Source of the DNA: an uncultured Planctomycetota bacterium
GTDB lineage: Bacteria > Planctomycetota > Planctomycetia > Isosphaerales > Isosphaeraceae
Reading direction: 5' to 3'
DNA: 64,000 nucleotides
Assembly: GCA_963823665.1 (NCBI GenBank)
Contig: CAWGMQ010000003.1
Span: 480,001 to 544,000, forward strand
The notes below the pieces were generated by a model, which was not told the origin of the DNA, did no database searches, and worked only from the letters and a program-made list of their open reading frames with translations. Position 1 is the first letter of the stretch. Each line of letters starts with the position of its first letter. Positions 34,662-45,011 of the stretch are shown piece by piece. Made by a program: the position numbers and the translations under genes.

Positions 34662-36523
34662 ATGACGGCATTTCGATTTCGCCCGAGCATTGCACGGATC
34701 ATATTATTCATCGCCGCCATCGGCGTCACGCTGGCGGCGGCCAGGTTCAAACTGCTGCTCGGCTGCCTGCTGGCGGCGGCGATCCTGGTGGTCGCCGGTC
34801 GGAACTTGCTCACCAATCTCCTCGAGGCTCTGAATCGCAGGAAGGTCGGACGACTTGGCGTCATCGTCTTGACGTTCTTGATTGCAGGGGCGCCGTACGT
34901 TCTTTTCTTCGACCCGGTTGATTACTGGCCCGGGCGCCGGCATGTCGCCCGGGAGCCACTGGCCTTGTACGTTCTGTTCAGCGACGACGTCCCGTACATC
35001 TCGGCCTCGCGCAACTGGGCGCGGACGGTGTCAAACCTGTTCGAGCCGCACAACACCCACATCGTGCCGGCATGGCGGATCTTGACCTGGGCGCTCGTGC
35101 GAGCCGCGGGAACTCTGGAGCGCATCCCTCAAGTCTTCGCAGTGGCGTCGTATTCGATCTTGGTTGCGGTGATGCTGCTGGCCGGCCGCGTGGCGGCGCG
35201 AGAGAGCGGGCGAACGGCGGTCGGCCTGGCGGCCATGGCGCTCATCGGGACGACATCGGTGATGCTCACACCCGCGAGCTGGTACTCGGCTGGTCAGCCC
35301 CTCTGGGCCGGGTTCGGGATCCTTACAGCCCTGTGGTATGTGCAGTCCTATCGGCGGTCGGGGAATCGATGGGCGCTGGCACTCGGAGGCGCGGCCACCG
35401 TGATCGCGGGGTGGCTGTGGACCATCGGCCACGTGGCCGGCCCGGCGGCGGCGGTTTATCTCTGGTGCGCGGGAAGCCGGCGATGCCGGCGTGCCGCGAT
35501 TGCCCCGCTGGCGGCGACCGCATTCGCGGTTGGCCTGGCGCTGGGCCTGGGTGGGCGCCATATCGACAGCACGATCAGCTTCCATGGCCGCGACGTGCGC
35601 TCCGCGGCGAACCCCGTTCAAGGGCTCGTTCATACCTGTCAGGCCATTCCGGAAAACCTGGTTTTCGCCAACCTGGGCCTGTCCGCCCAGACCACACCCA
35701 ACCAGGGCGTGCTGCTCTCGCTGCTCTTGTTCTTTGCCTGGAGCGCTCGTGCCTGGATCAGACGCCGGGCGGGAGGCGGAGAGCGGCCGTTTTCACCGCT
35801 GGAATGTGCGGGCTTCGCGATCATGATGATCGCATATCTCGTTGAATGGACTTTCCGTGGTTACATGGAGTTTCGGTATCTGCGCACGATCAACTTGCGA
35901 TTTACTGTTCCGTGGTACGACGCGGTCCCGCAGATCGGTGCGGTTCTCCTGGTAGCTGGGCTATGGACTCGGCATCGACCGGGCGGTCAGAAGTCGCCTC
36001 GTGCACCGAACTGGACTTCGCCGACGCAACTGGAATGCCTGGGCGTGTGTTTGCTCGTCGTTGTGCTGGTCGGGCTCAATCGTCCGCGAGTGGCAGCGCT
36101 CGTGAGGGCAAGCGTGCCGTCGCTGGCCCTGTCGGAGCGAAAGGCGTTCCCGGTCGCGCGGCTCCAGACCATGCGGGCAAACGTGTTACTGATGTACCGC
36201 GCCTCTGGCAGAGCCGGAACCTGGGCCAGCTCGTCGAGTGCGAGCAGTTGGCGAGCCGGATGGGATGGGGCCGCGACACGATCCGTGCCGCTTTCGGACA
36301 CCGATTCCTGCCGGGCGGGGGCAAACCGTCGCGTGTGGAGGATTATGATCACTATGACGCCGCCGCGCTACTGGATCTTCCTGACCGCGGCCAGCCGGCA
36401 GACCTTGCGAGTGTGCGGGAAACTCTTGAGGCGTTTTACGCGGTGGAACCCGAGCCGCGGCCGAGCTGGATCATGCCGAAGGAGCCCTGGCCGCCGGTGG
36501 ACGCCGGGGGTGCATCTCAATGA
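34662..36523 (+). CDS. Polytopic membrane protein, GT-C-like (frameshift near 36200)
   Basis: More than 10 hydrophobic segments and an early loop LFSDDVPY...PHNTHIVP. The C-terminus WQSRNLGQL...PWPP lies in the frame ending at 36523. Confidence 0.6.
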
Positions 36524-36544
36524 TTTGAATTCGCAGACAGCGTT

Positions 36545-37927
36545 TCAGAACGGCGATCCGCCGGCATCCATGGGGGGCTCGGCAATCGTGGCAAGGTTCT
36601 CGAACCGGGTGATCTTGTTGATGAATGCAAGTTTGGAGCTACCGGTCGCTCCGTTGCGGTTCTTGGCGACGATGAGCTCCGCGACTCCGGGCAGTTCTTT
36701 GGGGTCGTAATACTCGGGGCGGTGGAGGAGCAGGACGATGTCGGCATCTTGCTCGATAGCACCCGACTCGCGCAGGTCGGCCATCCGCGGTCTTTTGTCT
36801 TCGCGGTTTTCGACCGCTCGGTTCAACTGGGACAAGGCAATCACGGGAACCCTGAGCCTGCGAGCCATTCCCTTCAAGCGGCGGCTGATCTTGGCGATCT
36901 GCTCCTGCCGGCTATCGCGGGAGTCTTCCGCATCGACGAGCTGGATGTAATCCAGGATGATCAAGCGAACCTGGTGCCGGCGGCACATTCTGCGTGCGTT
37001 GGCAATCACCTGCAGCATGTTCCGGGTGGGTGTGTCATCGATGAACACGGTTGGCGGGTCCGGGGTCAGCTCGTTGAATGCCCTGCCGAGCTGTGTGAGC
37101 TCGTGGTGGCCCAGACTGATGCCCGTTCTGAGCTTGTGGCCGTCGACTCGGGAGCGGGAGCAGAGCATGCGCTCGCCGATTTCCAGGCGGCCCATTTCCA
37201 GGCTGATGAAGAGGACGGGGAGCTTGAGGTCGATGCCGGCATGTTCGGTGATGTTCAAGGCCAGCGCGGTCTTGCCCATGCTGGGGCGTGCGGCGAGGAT
37301 GATGAGCTGGCCGGGATGGAAGCCGCCGGTCAGGTCGTCGAGATCGAGCAGGCCCGAACCGACGCCGGTGACGGCGTGTCCACCGGATTCGGCGCGGATC
37401 ATGATCTGATCCATGGACTCCTTGACGATTTCCTTGAGCTCGAGCGTTTCGCCGCGGACCTGGTCCTCGGCGATGCTGAAGACTTTGTGCTCGGCCGATT
37501 CGAGCAGCTCCTGGGCGGTGAACTGGTTCGAATAACCGTCGCGGATGATTTCGGTCGCGAATTCGATCAACTGGCGGTTGGTCGCCTTTTCCTTGACGAT
37601 GTTGGCGTAGTAGGTGGCGTTGGCCGCCGTCGGAACGCTCTCCACGATCTCGGTCAGGATGTCGTGACCGCCGATCTGATCGAATTGATTGCGCTTCTTG
37701 AGCTCCTCGGCCAGGGTGACGGCATCGATCGCCTTACCGGCTTCATACAGGTCTCGAATGGCCGCGTAGATCACCTGGTGGGCGTCGCGGTAGAAATCCG
37801 ACGGGCGCAGAAAGCCGACGATGTCGTGGAGGGGCTCGTTGTCGAGCAGAATGCTGCCCAGAACGCTGCGCTCGGCTTCGAGGTTCTGGGGTGGAAGTCG
37901 GTCGCTCGGGGAGGGGGATCCTGTCAT
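36545..37927 (-). CDS. dnaB: Replicative DNA helicase
   Basis: PPQNLEAERSVLG, LAARPSMGKT, ISLEM, ILDYIQL, LSQLNR, DLRESGAIEQDAD, AKNRNG. Confidence 0.98.
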   Translation of the reverse strand: MTGSPSPSDRLPPQNLEAERSVLGSILLDNEPLHDIVGFLRPSDFYRDAHQVIYAAIRDLYEAGKAIDAVTLAEELKKRNQFDQIGGHDILTEIVESVPTAANATYYANIVKEKATNRQLIEFATEIIRDGYSNQFTAQELLESAEHKVFSIAEDQVRGETLELKEIVKESMDQIMIRAESGGHAVTGVGSGLLDLDDLTGGFHPGQLIILAARPSMGKTALALNITEHAGIDLKLPVLFISLEMGRLEIGERMLCSRSRVDGHKLRTGISLGHHELTQLGRAFNELTPDPPTVFIDDTPTRNMLQVIANARRMCRRHQVRLIILDYIQLVDAEDSRDSRQEQIAKISRRLKGMARRLRVPVIALSQLNRAVENREDKRPRMADLRESGAIEQDADIVLLLHRPEYYDPKELPGVAELIVAKNRNGATGSSKLAFINKITRFENLATIAEPPMDAGGSPF

Positions 37928-38185
37928 CGCCAGAAGCAGCTCCGCGGTAAGGCCGGTGCTTTTTCAATCTGCCGAGGCCGCGTGCGGCGAGGGCGACATG
38001 CGGGATCGGCCGCCGCCCGGTCGGGAGAGGCGGACGCTCGGCCAAGATATTTTAACCTATTTCGGGCTGCAAAATCTCAGCGAGCGGCCAAATCCGGTAG
38101 ACCGGCTTTCACCCGATCAACGATAATCGATTAACGAGACGATTGCTGTCGCAGAATCAGGGTCAAGACAAGGCGAAGCTTACCG

Positions 38186-39135
38186 ATGACGCGAATCGTT
38201 CTGAAAATCGGGTCGATGCTCCGGCGGCGGGATTGGTTCTGGCGGTCTCGGCCGCGGCGGCATTCCAATCGCCGAAAACGGCGGATCCGCCGCCGGCGCG
38301 GCGACCCAGATCGGCCGCTCGTTTCAGATACCTTACCGGCTCACTGAAACCAACCATTTCCTGGTGCGGGTGCGGCTGAACGGCAAGGGGCCGTTCAACT
38401 TTCTGGTCGATTCGGGTGCTCCGGCGCTCTACGTCGCGACCGAGACGGCCAAGAAGATCGGGCTGAAGTCCGGATCCGGCCGAATTCTGGACGCCCATCG
38501 ATCGGCTCGATCTGGAGGGCGGCGCGCGGCTCGACCGCGTCAAGGCTCGGGTTGAGGATCCGTTTCAGCTCGTCGGGATGAATGCCCTGGGGCTTCCCGG
38601 CGCGTCGATCGACGGAATTCTCGGGTTCACCATTCTGGCAAGATTCCGGCTGGAAATCGATCTGACACAGGACCGCATGACGTGGACGCGGCTGCGCGCA
38701 CGAGCCGCGCGACCCACCGGTGCCGAAGCGCCCGCCCGGCGGAAACGCACCCCAGCCTCCGCTTGGCGTCCGGGCGATGAGCAGCACTGGGGTCAGTCGC
38801 CAAGGGGCTGGCGCTCTTCGTCGGCAAGCAGCCGGAGGAGGAGCAGCGCGGGCGGGGCTTTCTCGGGCTGGAATGGACCGAGCAGGTCGAAGCAGGACGG
38901 CAGGAGGTCGAGGTCAGTCGCGTGCTGGCCGGCTCGCCGGCCTCGGGCGGCGGGCTTCAAGCCGGAGACCGGATCAAGAAGATCAACCGCCGCGAAATCG
39001 AGGGCATCAAAGGCGCTCGCGCCGCACTTGCGACGGCGCAGCCAGGCGATGTGGTCCGCATTCTTGTCCGCCGCGGATCGGGCACTGACCATCGCGATCT
39101 GGAGCTCGAGCCTCACCGTCGGGGAGGGACTCTGA
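38186..39135 (+). CDS. Retropepsin-like aspartyl protease with PDZ domain (several frameshifts)
   Basis: Pieces across frames: IPYRLTETNHFLVRVRLNGKGPFNFLVDSGAP, IDGILGFTILARFRLEIDL, GFLGLEW, VLAGSPA...LQAGDRIKKIN, LTVGEGL stop. Confidence 0.75.
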
Positions 39136-39137
39136 CC

Positions 39138-40113
39138 ATGGAGATCGAAACAATCGCCGCCTTCCCCGAGCCGCGGCCGGTGCGGCCCCGGCTGTACGGC
39201 CGATCCGCTATCTGGACCAGCGGCATCACCGCAGTCCTGGCTTTTTCCGCGGGTCTGGCCGAGACGACGACCTGTGTCGCATTCGACCCGCAGGCACCCG
39301 GCCCGGCAGCGACCGCCAAGGGGACACTCGCAACCAAGGCAGACAAAGCAGACCAGTCCAGGTCGAAGGCGACGGTTTCCTTCGAGATGCTGGTGACCAA
39401 TCACATGCTGGTTGACGCAAAGATTAATGGTAAGGGTCCGTTTCGCTTGATTTTCGACCTGGGTGCACCGGTGACTTTGCTGAGTAACCGAGCAAGCGAG
39501 GCTGCGGGAGTCGTCAAGCCCGATGCGCCGAAGTCGTTCTTGTTTGGAATGAGAGGAGAAGCCGAGGTCAACCGGCTGCAAGTTGGTGATCTGACGGCAG
39601 ATAAGTTGCCGGTCATCGTCCTGGACCACCCTGTGCTCTCGGCGCTCGAGGACGTGACGGGACGGAAGATCGACGGAATCATGGGCTTTACATTTTTCGC
39701 CCGCTTCAAGACCACCATCGACTACCACGCTCGGGAGATGAGCTTCGAGCCCATTACCTATCAGGTCCGCAACCTGCTCAAGGAGCTTCCAGACCGGTTG
39801 ATGGGTCCCAAGGTGGCCCAGCGGCGGGTGGTGGCGCCATCGGGACTGTGGGGGCTTCGTCTGGGTGAACAAGCCAAGGGTGTCCAATCCCAGGGTGCTG
39901 CCGATTCTGAAGGTCCTGGAAGGCTCCCCTGCGGGCCAGGCCGGGCTCAAGGCCGGTGACATCCTCACAACGATCGACGGGCGCTGGGTCACGTCCGTCG
40001 CGGATGCCTATCACGCCGCCGCGAAAGTTCCTCCTGGCCAGCAGGTCACGATCGTGATTGTGCGGGACGGCAAGGAACTTTCGCTCTCGATCAAACCAGC
40101 GAACGGAATATGA
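39138..40113 (+). CDS. Second retropepsin-like/PDZ protein (frameshift near 39895)
   Basis: NHMLVDAKINGKGPFRLIFDLGAP, IDGIMGFTFFARF; PDZ VLEGSPAGQAGLKAGDILTTIDG. Confidence 0.82.
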
Positions 40114-41250
40114 GCGATTCAACCACAGCGCTCTCAGGCTCCGCAAGGAGCGTGCTCGTTATCGGCGCGGGTGTCAGCGGGCTCACAAGCGCTCTTTGCC
40201 TGCTGCGAAGAGGCTTCGCGGTGACGGTGCTCGCGGATTCGTTCGCGCCGCGCGTAACCTCGGTTGTTGCCGGGGCCTTGTGGGAATGGCCTCCGGCCGT
40301 GTGCGGCTACCATCGCGACATCTTGTCGCTGGCGCGCTCGAAGGCGTGGTGCCGCTCATCACTTCAGATGTTCAGCGAGCTCTCGCTTCGACCAGCCGGA
40401 GACCGGCGTCTTCGTCAGACCCGTCTCCTATTACTTCAAGCGGCCGATCGAAGAGGATCCCTTCCATCTGGCGAAGATGGAAGACCTCAAGGACGAAGTT
40501 GCCGGTTTCCGGCATGATCGGGCGCTGATCGCGGAACACAGGGTCAACCCGGACCTGGGTCTGCAGGACGCGTACACTCATCTGGCTCCCATGGTCGACA
40601 CCGACACCTATATGCAATGGCTGTTTCGTGAGACTCGCAACGAAGGCTGCCGGGTCGTCGAAGGCAGGGTCAAGGGACTGCTTTCCGCCCAGGTACAGGC
40701 CCTGGCGGGGGAATTCAGGGCGGAGGCCATCGTCAACTGCGCCGGCCTGGGGTCCAGGGAACTCACCGCAGACTCGATGTATCCCCTTCGAGGTGCACTC
40801 GTGCGGGTGAAGAACGATGGGCGGGCCATGTCCCGGATCACCGACGCACATTGCATCTCACTGGACCACACTGGTCCGGAGCAGTCGTTCGTTTTCATCG
40901 TGCCGCGCGGCGAGGACATGCTGGTCCTCGGTGGCCTGGCAGAGCCGGACGAGTGGGACCTCGAGATTGGCCTGCATAATTACGATCCGGTCCGCCAGAT
41001 GTACCGGCGCTGCGTGCAGTTCATGCCGCGGCTGGCGAACGCCGAGATCGATGCTGCGGAGCCGGTTCGCGTCGGACTAAGGCCAATGCGCAACCCGGGC
41101 GTTCGCCTGGAAGCAGAGCCGCGGGCCCGCATCGTCCACAATTACGGACACGGCGGCTCGGGAGTGACGTTTTCGTGGGGCTGTGCTCTCGAGGTCGTCG
41201 ACCTGGTCGAACGCATGATCTGCTCCGAGGCGGCTGCCGGTCGCGCATGA
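40110..41250 (+). CDS. FAD-dependent D-amino-acid oxidase family protein (frameshift near 40386)
   Basis: VIGAGVSGLTSA, TSVVAGA, IVNCAGLG, VGLRP, IVHNYGHGGSGVTFSWGCA. Confidence 0.88.
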
Positions 41251-41330
41251 GAGAAACCTCACCCCCCCGCGAGCCGATTCGATCATCGGCCTCGGCCGGG
41301 TCGACAGCCACTTGTTGCGTACGCTCGCGA

Positions 41331-41972
41331 TCAGGCGTGTGGATCTTCGGAATGCGTGGGAACGACCCAGAGCTTGACCTCGCCGACGATGTCCGCCGCG
41401 AGCTGCACCTTGATGGAATAGAGGCCCAGCTCCTTGAGCGGCCCCTCGATGCGAACGCTCTCGGATTCGATAGGAAAACCTTCGCGCCTCAGCGTTTCCG
41501 CGATCTGGTCGGAGTTCACCGAGCCGTAAAGGTGACCTTCGGCGTTCGCGTTGGCCTCAATCGTGAGCGACCGCTGGCCGATCTGTGCCGCCAGATTTTG
41601 AAGGTCGGCCCGTCGCGCTTCCTCGAGAGCTCGCAGCCGCTGACGATGTTTCTCGACCATTCGCAGGTTATTTGCAGTCGCAAAGGTTGCCATTCCCTGC
41701 GGGACCAGGTAGTTGCGCGCGAAGCCGGGGCGAACCTTGACCAGATCGCCGGACTGCCCGACCAGGGGCACGGTCTGGGTCAGGATGAGCTGGATATAAC
41801 CGTGCTTCGCCCGGCTCGGGTGATTCTGGCGGCGCTCAACGCCCGGCTTACGCGGCGGACCGGCGGGCGCTGCTTGCTGAGAACCTTCTGCCGTTCGAGG
41901 GTGACTCTTTCCGGTCGCAGTCTTGGAGGAGGATTTCGGAGCCTTCGTTTTGGTATCAGTCGTCTTGGCCAT
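41331..41972 (-). CDS. rplI: 50S ribosomal protein L9 with N-terminal extension
   Basis: GDLVKVRPGFARNYLVPQG, EGHLYGSV, PLKELGLY, VKLWVVP. Confidence 0.96.
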   Translation of the reverse strand: MAKTTDTKTKAPKSSSKTATGKSHPRTAEGSQQAAPAGPPRKPGVERRQNHPSRAKHGYIQLILTQTVPLVGQSGDLVKVRPGFARNYLVPQGMATFATANNLRMVEKHRQRLRALEEARRADLQNLAAQIGQRSLTIEANANAEGHLYGSVNSDQIAETLRREGFPIESESVRIEGPLKELGLYSIKVQLAADIVGEVKLWVVPTHSEDPHA

Positions 41973-42024
41973 GAGAATCCCGATCTTGGTGATTCAACCG
42001 CACCCGAACAGGGCGGAAGCTGAT

Positions 42025-42143
42025 GTCAGGCGGAAAGCGTGACTGGCGGGGAAAGCCAGTGCCAGGCTTGAGCCTGAACGGCTGGAAACGAACGTCAGGC
42101 CAAAGCCTGACCCACGGGGACGTCAGGCAAGAGCCTGACCTAC
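42025..42143. repeat. Cluster of four GTCAGGC-N4-GCCTGAC REP-like hairpins
   Basis: Copies at 42025, 42061, 42094 and 42122 (the first two degenerate). The last ends in CTAC, i.e. GTAG on the minus strand. Confidence 0.75.
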
Positions 42144-42298
42144 AATTGGCGAACCCTATGTTTGTAACCTGGAAAGCGTCTTGAACCAAGGTGTGCATCT
42201 GTGCGCATCGGCTGAGAAAGGGGTCGCTCTCCCCCACATCGCTCGTCCGAATACGAGCGCCAGGGAACGCGACCGACGTCGGTGTGTATGGGGCGACA

Positions 42299-42877
42299 TC
42301 AGAAGGGAATGTCTTCCGCTTCATCGTCGCGGGCGACTGCTGCGGATGGTCTCGCAGACCCACCGCTCGGCTCGACGGAAGCATCGGAACCACCGGAACC
42401 ACCGGAACCACCGCGCACTGCGCTCGTGGCAGCGGATGAGCTTCGACTGGATGGGGACGACGAGCTGCGCCGCGGGCTCGACTCGCGTCCTGGGTTCATC
42501 TCGTCGTCAGAAGAGCCTCCTGGCTCACTCAATGAATCACCGCGACGGCTGTCGAGGAACTGCACGCGATCAGCCTGCACGCGAATTTTCGAGCGCTTTT
42601 CGCCGGTGCTCTTGTCCTCCCAGGTGTCCATCTTGAGCGAGCCCTCGACGTGGATCCCGCTCCCTTTCCTGAGACGCTCGCAGCAGATCTCCGCCTGGCG
42701 ATCCCACACGGTCACATCGATGAAGAGCTTTTCCTCGCGGCGCTCGCCCTCGCGCGACATCCACGAGCGGCTGGTGACCAATCGTAGTTCGGCCACGGCC
42801 GTACCGGAGGGAGTGCGGCGCAACTCGGGATCGAACGTCAGGCTGCCCATCAAGAAGACTCTGTTCAAGTCGGCCAT
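42299..42877 (-). CDS. ssb: Single-stranded DNA-binding protein
   Basis: MADLNRVFLMG.LT.DPELR.TPSG, LRKGS.IHVEG.L, Gly/Ser linker, acidic EDIPF tail, GAGGAG RBS. Confidence 0.97.
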   Translation of the reverse strand: MADLNRVFLMGSLTFDPELRRTPSGTAVAELRLVTSRSWMSREGERREEKLFIDVTVWDRQAEICCERLRKGSGIHVEGSLKMDTWEDKSTGEKRSKIRVQADRVQFLDSRRGDSLSEPGGSSDDEMNPGRESSPRRSSSSPSSRSSSAATSAVRGGSGGSGGSDASVEPSGGSARPSAAVARDDEAEDIPF

Positions 42878-42931
42878 CGCCAATTCTCCTCGGGATGAAT
42901 TCCTCGGCAACGAACTCAGAAACCTCGGGGC

Positions 42932-43849
42932 TTGCGCCATGGGAACTGCACCCGCCCATCAGTTCCACCGCAACATATACTAAACGGTTGTCCCCCATCG
43001 GGGAAATTATCACAATTGGGCTCGAGCGACAAGGGCCAAGGCCCCTCGCTCATGGGTGATTCGCAAACGATGGGTTATGGCGTCAGTGATGGCGCACAGT
43101 ATCCGAGCTTGATTGGCAAGACGCTCGAGGCACGCTTTGGACCGGACCGGTTTACAATGATCAACACGACGTTGGCCGGTATGGGGAACGGCCGGTGGAT
43201 CAAATTGTTGCGAGGGGGCGTTTGGGGGTTTCAGCCCCGGCTGGTGATCCTGCAACTCTCCAACACTGACTTTGGCGACAATGAACGGGAAGGGCTTTTC
43301 AAGCTGTCCCCTTCGGGTGAGCTGGTCGAGCTGCCCTTGCAGCCCGCTCCGATGATGCTCCAACTCGATCGGCTCGTCGACGCGATTCCTGGCCTGTCCT
43401 ATTCCTACACGATTGGGCTGTGCAAGCAGGTGGTCGCCCAGGTGATCTCCCAGCACGCCCGGACGATCGCTGCTGCCGGATCATTCAATCCGCCAGGGAG
43501 TCACCCACTGACCTACAAACTCGTCGAGGAGTCGATCGCGATGTGTCGGCGTGAGGGCTGGCCGGTGCGGTTGCTCGCGACCGATCATGAGCGAGAAGCC
43601 CTGGCGGAGATCGAGCAGTTTTGCAGCCGGCTCCATGTTCCGCTGGTTGCGGTGCCAACCAGACGCATGCGTCCGGACCTGTTTTATGCGATCGACCCTC
43701 ACTGGAACGTGGCGGGGCAACGCTATGTGGCGGACTTGATCGAAGCGCGGCTCGCAGCCGAAGGAATTCTGCTCGGCTCGCCGGAGCAGAAGAGTGAAGG
43801 CGGACGCCAGACGACCGCTGCGCTCAACTGCCGCGGCGACGCTCGATGA
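42932..43849 (+). CDS. SGNH/GDSL hydrolase family protein, 5' end probably truncated
   Basis: MGDSQTMGYGV (block I), SNTDFGDN, IDPHWN (block V); the N-terminal ~40 aa look non-native. Confidence 0.65.
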   Translation: MRHGNCTRPSVPPQHILNGCPPSGKLSQLGSSDKGQGPSLMGDSQTMGYGVSDGAQYPSLIGKTLEARFGPDRFTMINTTLAGMGNGRWIKLLRGGVWGFQPRLVILQLSNTDFGDNEREGLFKLSPSGELVELPLQPAPMMLQLDRLVDAIPGLSYSYTIGLCKQVVAQVISQHARTIAAAGSFNPPGSHPLTYKLVEESIAMCRREGWPVRLLATDHEREALAEIEQFCSRLHVPLVAVPTRRMRPDLFYAIDPHWNVAGQRYVADLIEARLAAEGILLGSPEQKSEGGRQTTAALNCRGDAR

Positions 43850-43989
43850 GTGATCGATGGAAAACGCAGGGGTTGACAGGTGGGATCGGCCGTGTTGAAG
43901 AGCATCGCTTCAGTAACAGAACGGCCGGGTGTTGGAGATCAAGACGGGGTAACGGAAGAAGGCTGCGGGTTGCGCGGGGGAACGCGTCC

Positions 43990-44751
43990 ATGACGACAGT
44001 CCTGGGAATCTCGGCACTCTATCACGACAGCGCCGCTGCTCTGACCGTTGACGGTGAAGTCGTCGCGGCCGCGCAGGAGGAGCGGTTCAGCCGTGAGAAG
44101 TACGACCCGCGGTTTCCAGCGCAGGCAGTCCGCTATTGCCTGGATGAAGCCGCGATCGGTCCCGAGCAACTCGATTATGTCGCCCTTTATGAACAACCCC
44201 TGACCAAGTTCGAGCGGCTGTTCGAGACCTACGTGTCCTACGCCCCGGACGGGTTCGCCAGCTTCCGGCAGGCCATTCCCGTCTGGCTGCGCCAGAAGCT
44301 GCACATTCCACGCGAAATTCGCCGCGGGCTGGAGGAACGGTACCGCGGCCAGATCTTCTTTCCCAGCCATCACGAAAGCCATGCCGCCAGCGCCTTCTTT
44401 CCCTCGCCGTTCGACGAGGCCGCCATCATCACCATGGACGCCGTCGGCGAGCGGTCCACTTCCGCCATCGGATTCGGCCGCGGCAACCACCTCGACTTGC
44501 TTCAGGAAATCCGCTTTCCCCACTTCCTCGGCATGTTCTACAGCGCCTTCACTTACTACTGTGGCTTCAAGGTCAACAGCGCCGAGTACAAGCTGATGGG
44601 CCTGGCACCCTACGGCGAGCCCAGGTTCGTCGACCTGATCAAGCAGAACCTGATCGATGTCAAGGACGACGGCAGCTATCGTCATCGGCCGCCGCCGGCC
44701 GGAGGGACAGAACGCGACATGATCACGTCCGGGCGAGCTCGCCAAACCTGA
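43990..44751 (+). pseudogene. NodU/CmcH O-carbamoyltransferase, N-terminal part only
   Basis: LGISALYHDSAAAL, AAQEERFSR.K, HHESHAASAFFPSPF, YKLMGLAPYG. Similarity stops at DGSYR (about 44680) and no C-terminal domain follows. Confidence 0.85.
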
Positions 44752-44777
44752 GTCCGAAGCACTTCAAGGAGCCAAAC

Positions 44778-44990
44778 ATGGATCCGCAACGTGCTGACCC
44801 GAATACGACCGACAATGAGCAACTGTTCCTGAAAGAGAAGAATCCTGGCTTCCTGGCTGGATTCTGGCATTTCTTGATGGAGAGCAAGAAGTGGTGGCTA
44901 GTTCCGCCCCTGCTCTTCCTGCTCTTGCTCTGCGTGCTGCTCGCGCTGTCTCAAACCGCGGCTGCGCCACTTATTTACACCCTGTTTTGA
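44778..44990 (+). CDS. DUF5989 (SxtK-like) small membrane protein
   Basis: FLAGFWHFLMESKKWWLVP...AAPLIYTLF; AAGGAG RBS. Confidence 0.85.
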   Translation: MDPQRADPNTTDNEQLFLKEKNPGFLAGFWHFLMESKKWWLVPPLLFLLLLCVLLALSQTAAAPLIYTLF

Positions 44991-45011
44991 GCGGGGGCGA
45001 GCCGAAGCGAT

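Noticed and set aside
36545..37927. Intein in DnaB
   Set aside because: At 460 aa with contiguous motifs there is no room for an insertion.
42222..42275. Structured RNA or tRNA between ssb and rplI
   Set aside because: Nested stems (ggtcgc/gcgacc, gctcgt/acgagc) exist, but I see no cloverleaf or recognisable family; it cannot be called without a covariance search.
32105..42877. Prophage or plasmid replication module (dnaB, ssb, nuclease)
   Set aside because: The genes are chromosomal types linked to rplI and recN; no integrase, terminase or structural genes were seen.
43990..44990. Saxitoxin biosynthesis genes
   Set aside because: Only generic sxtI/sxtK-like family members are present, the transferase is truncated, and there is no sxtA or sxtG.
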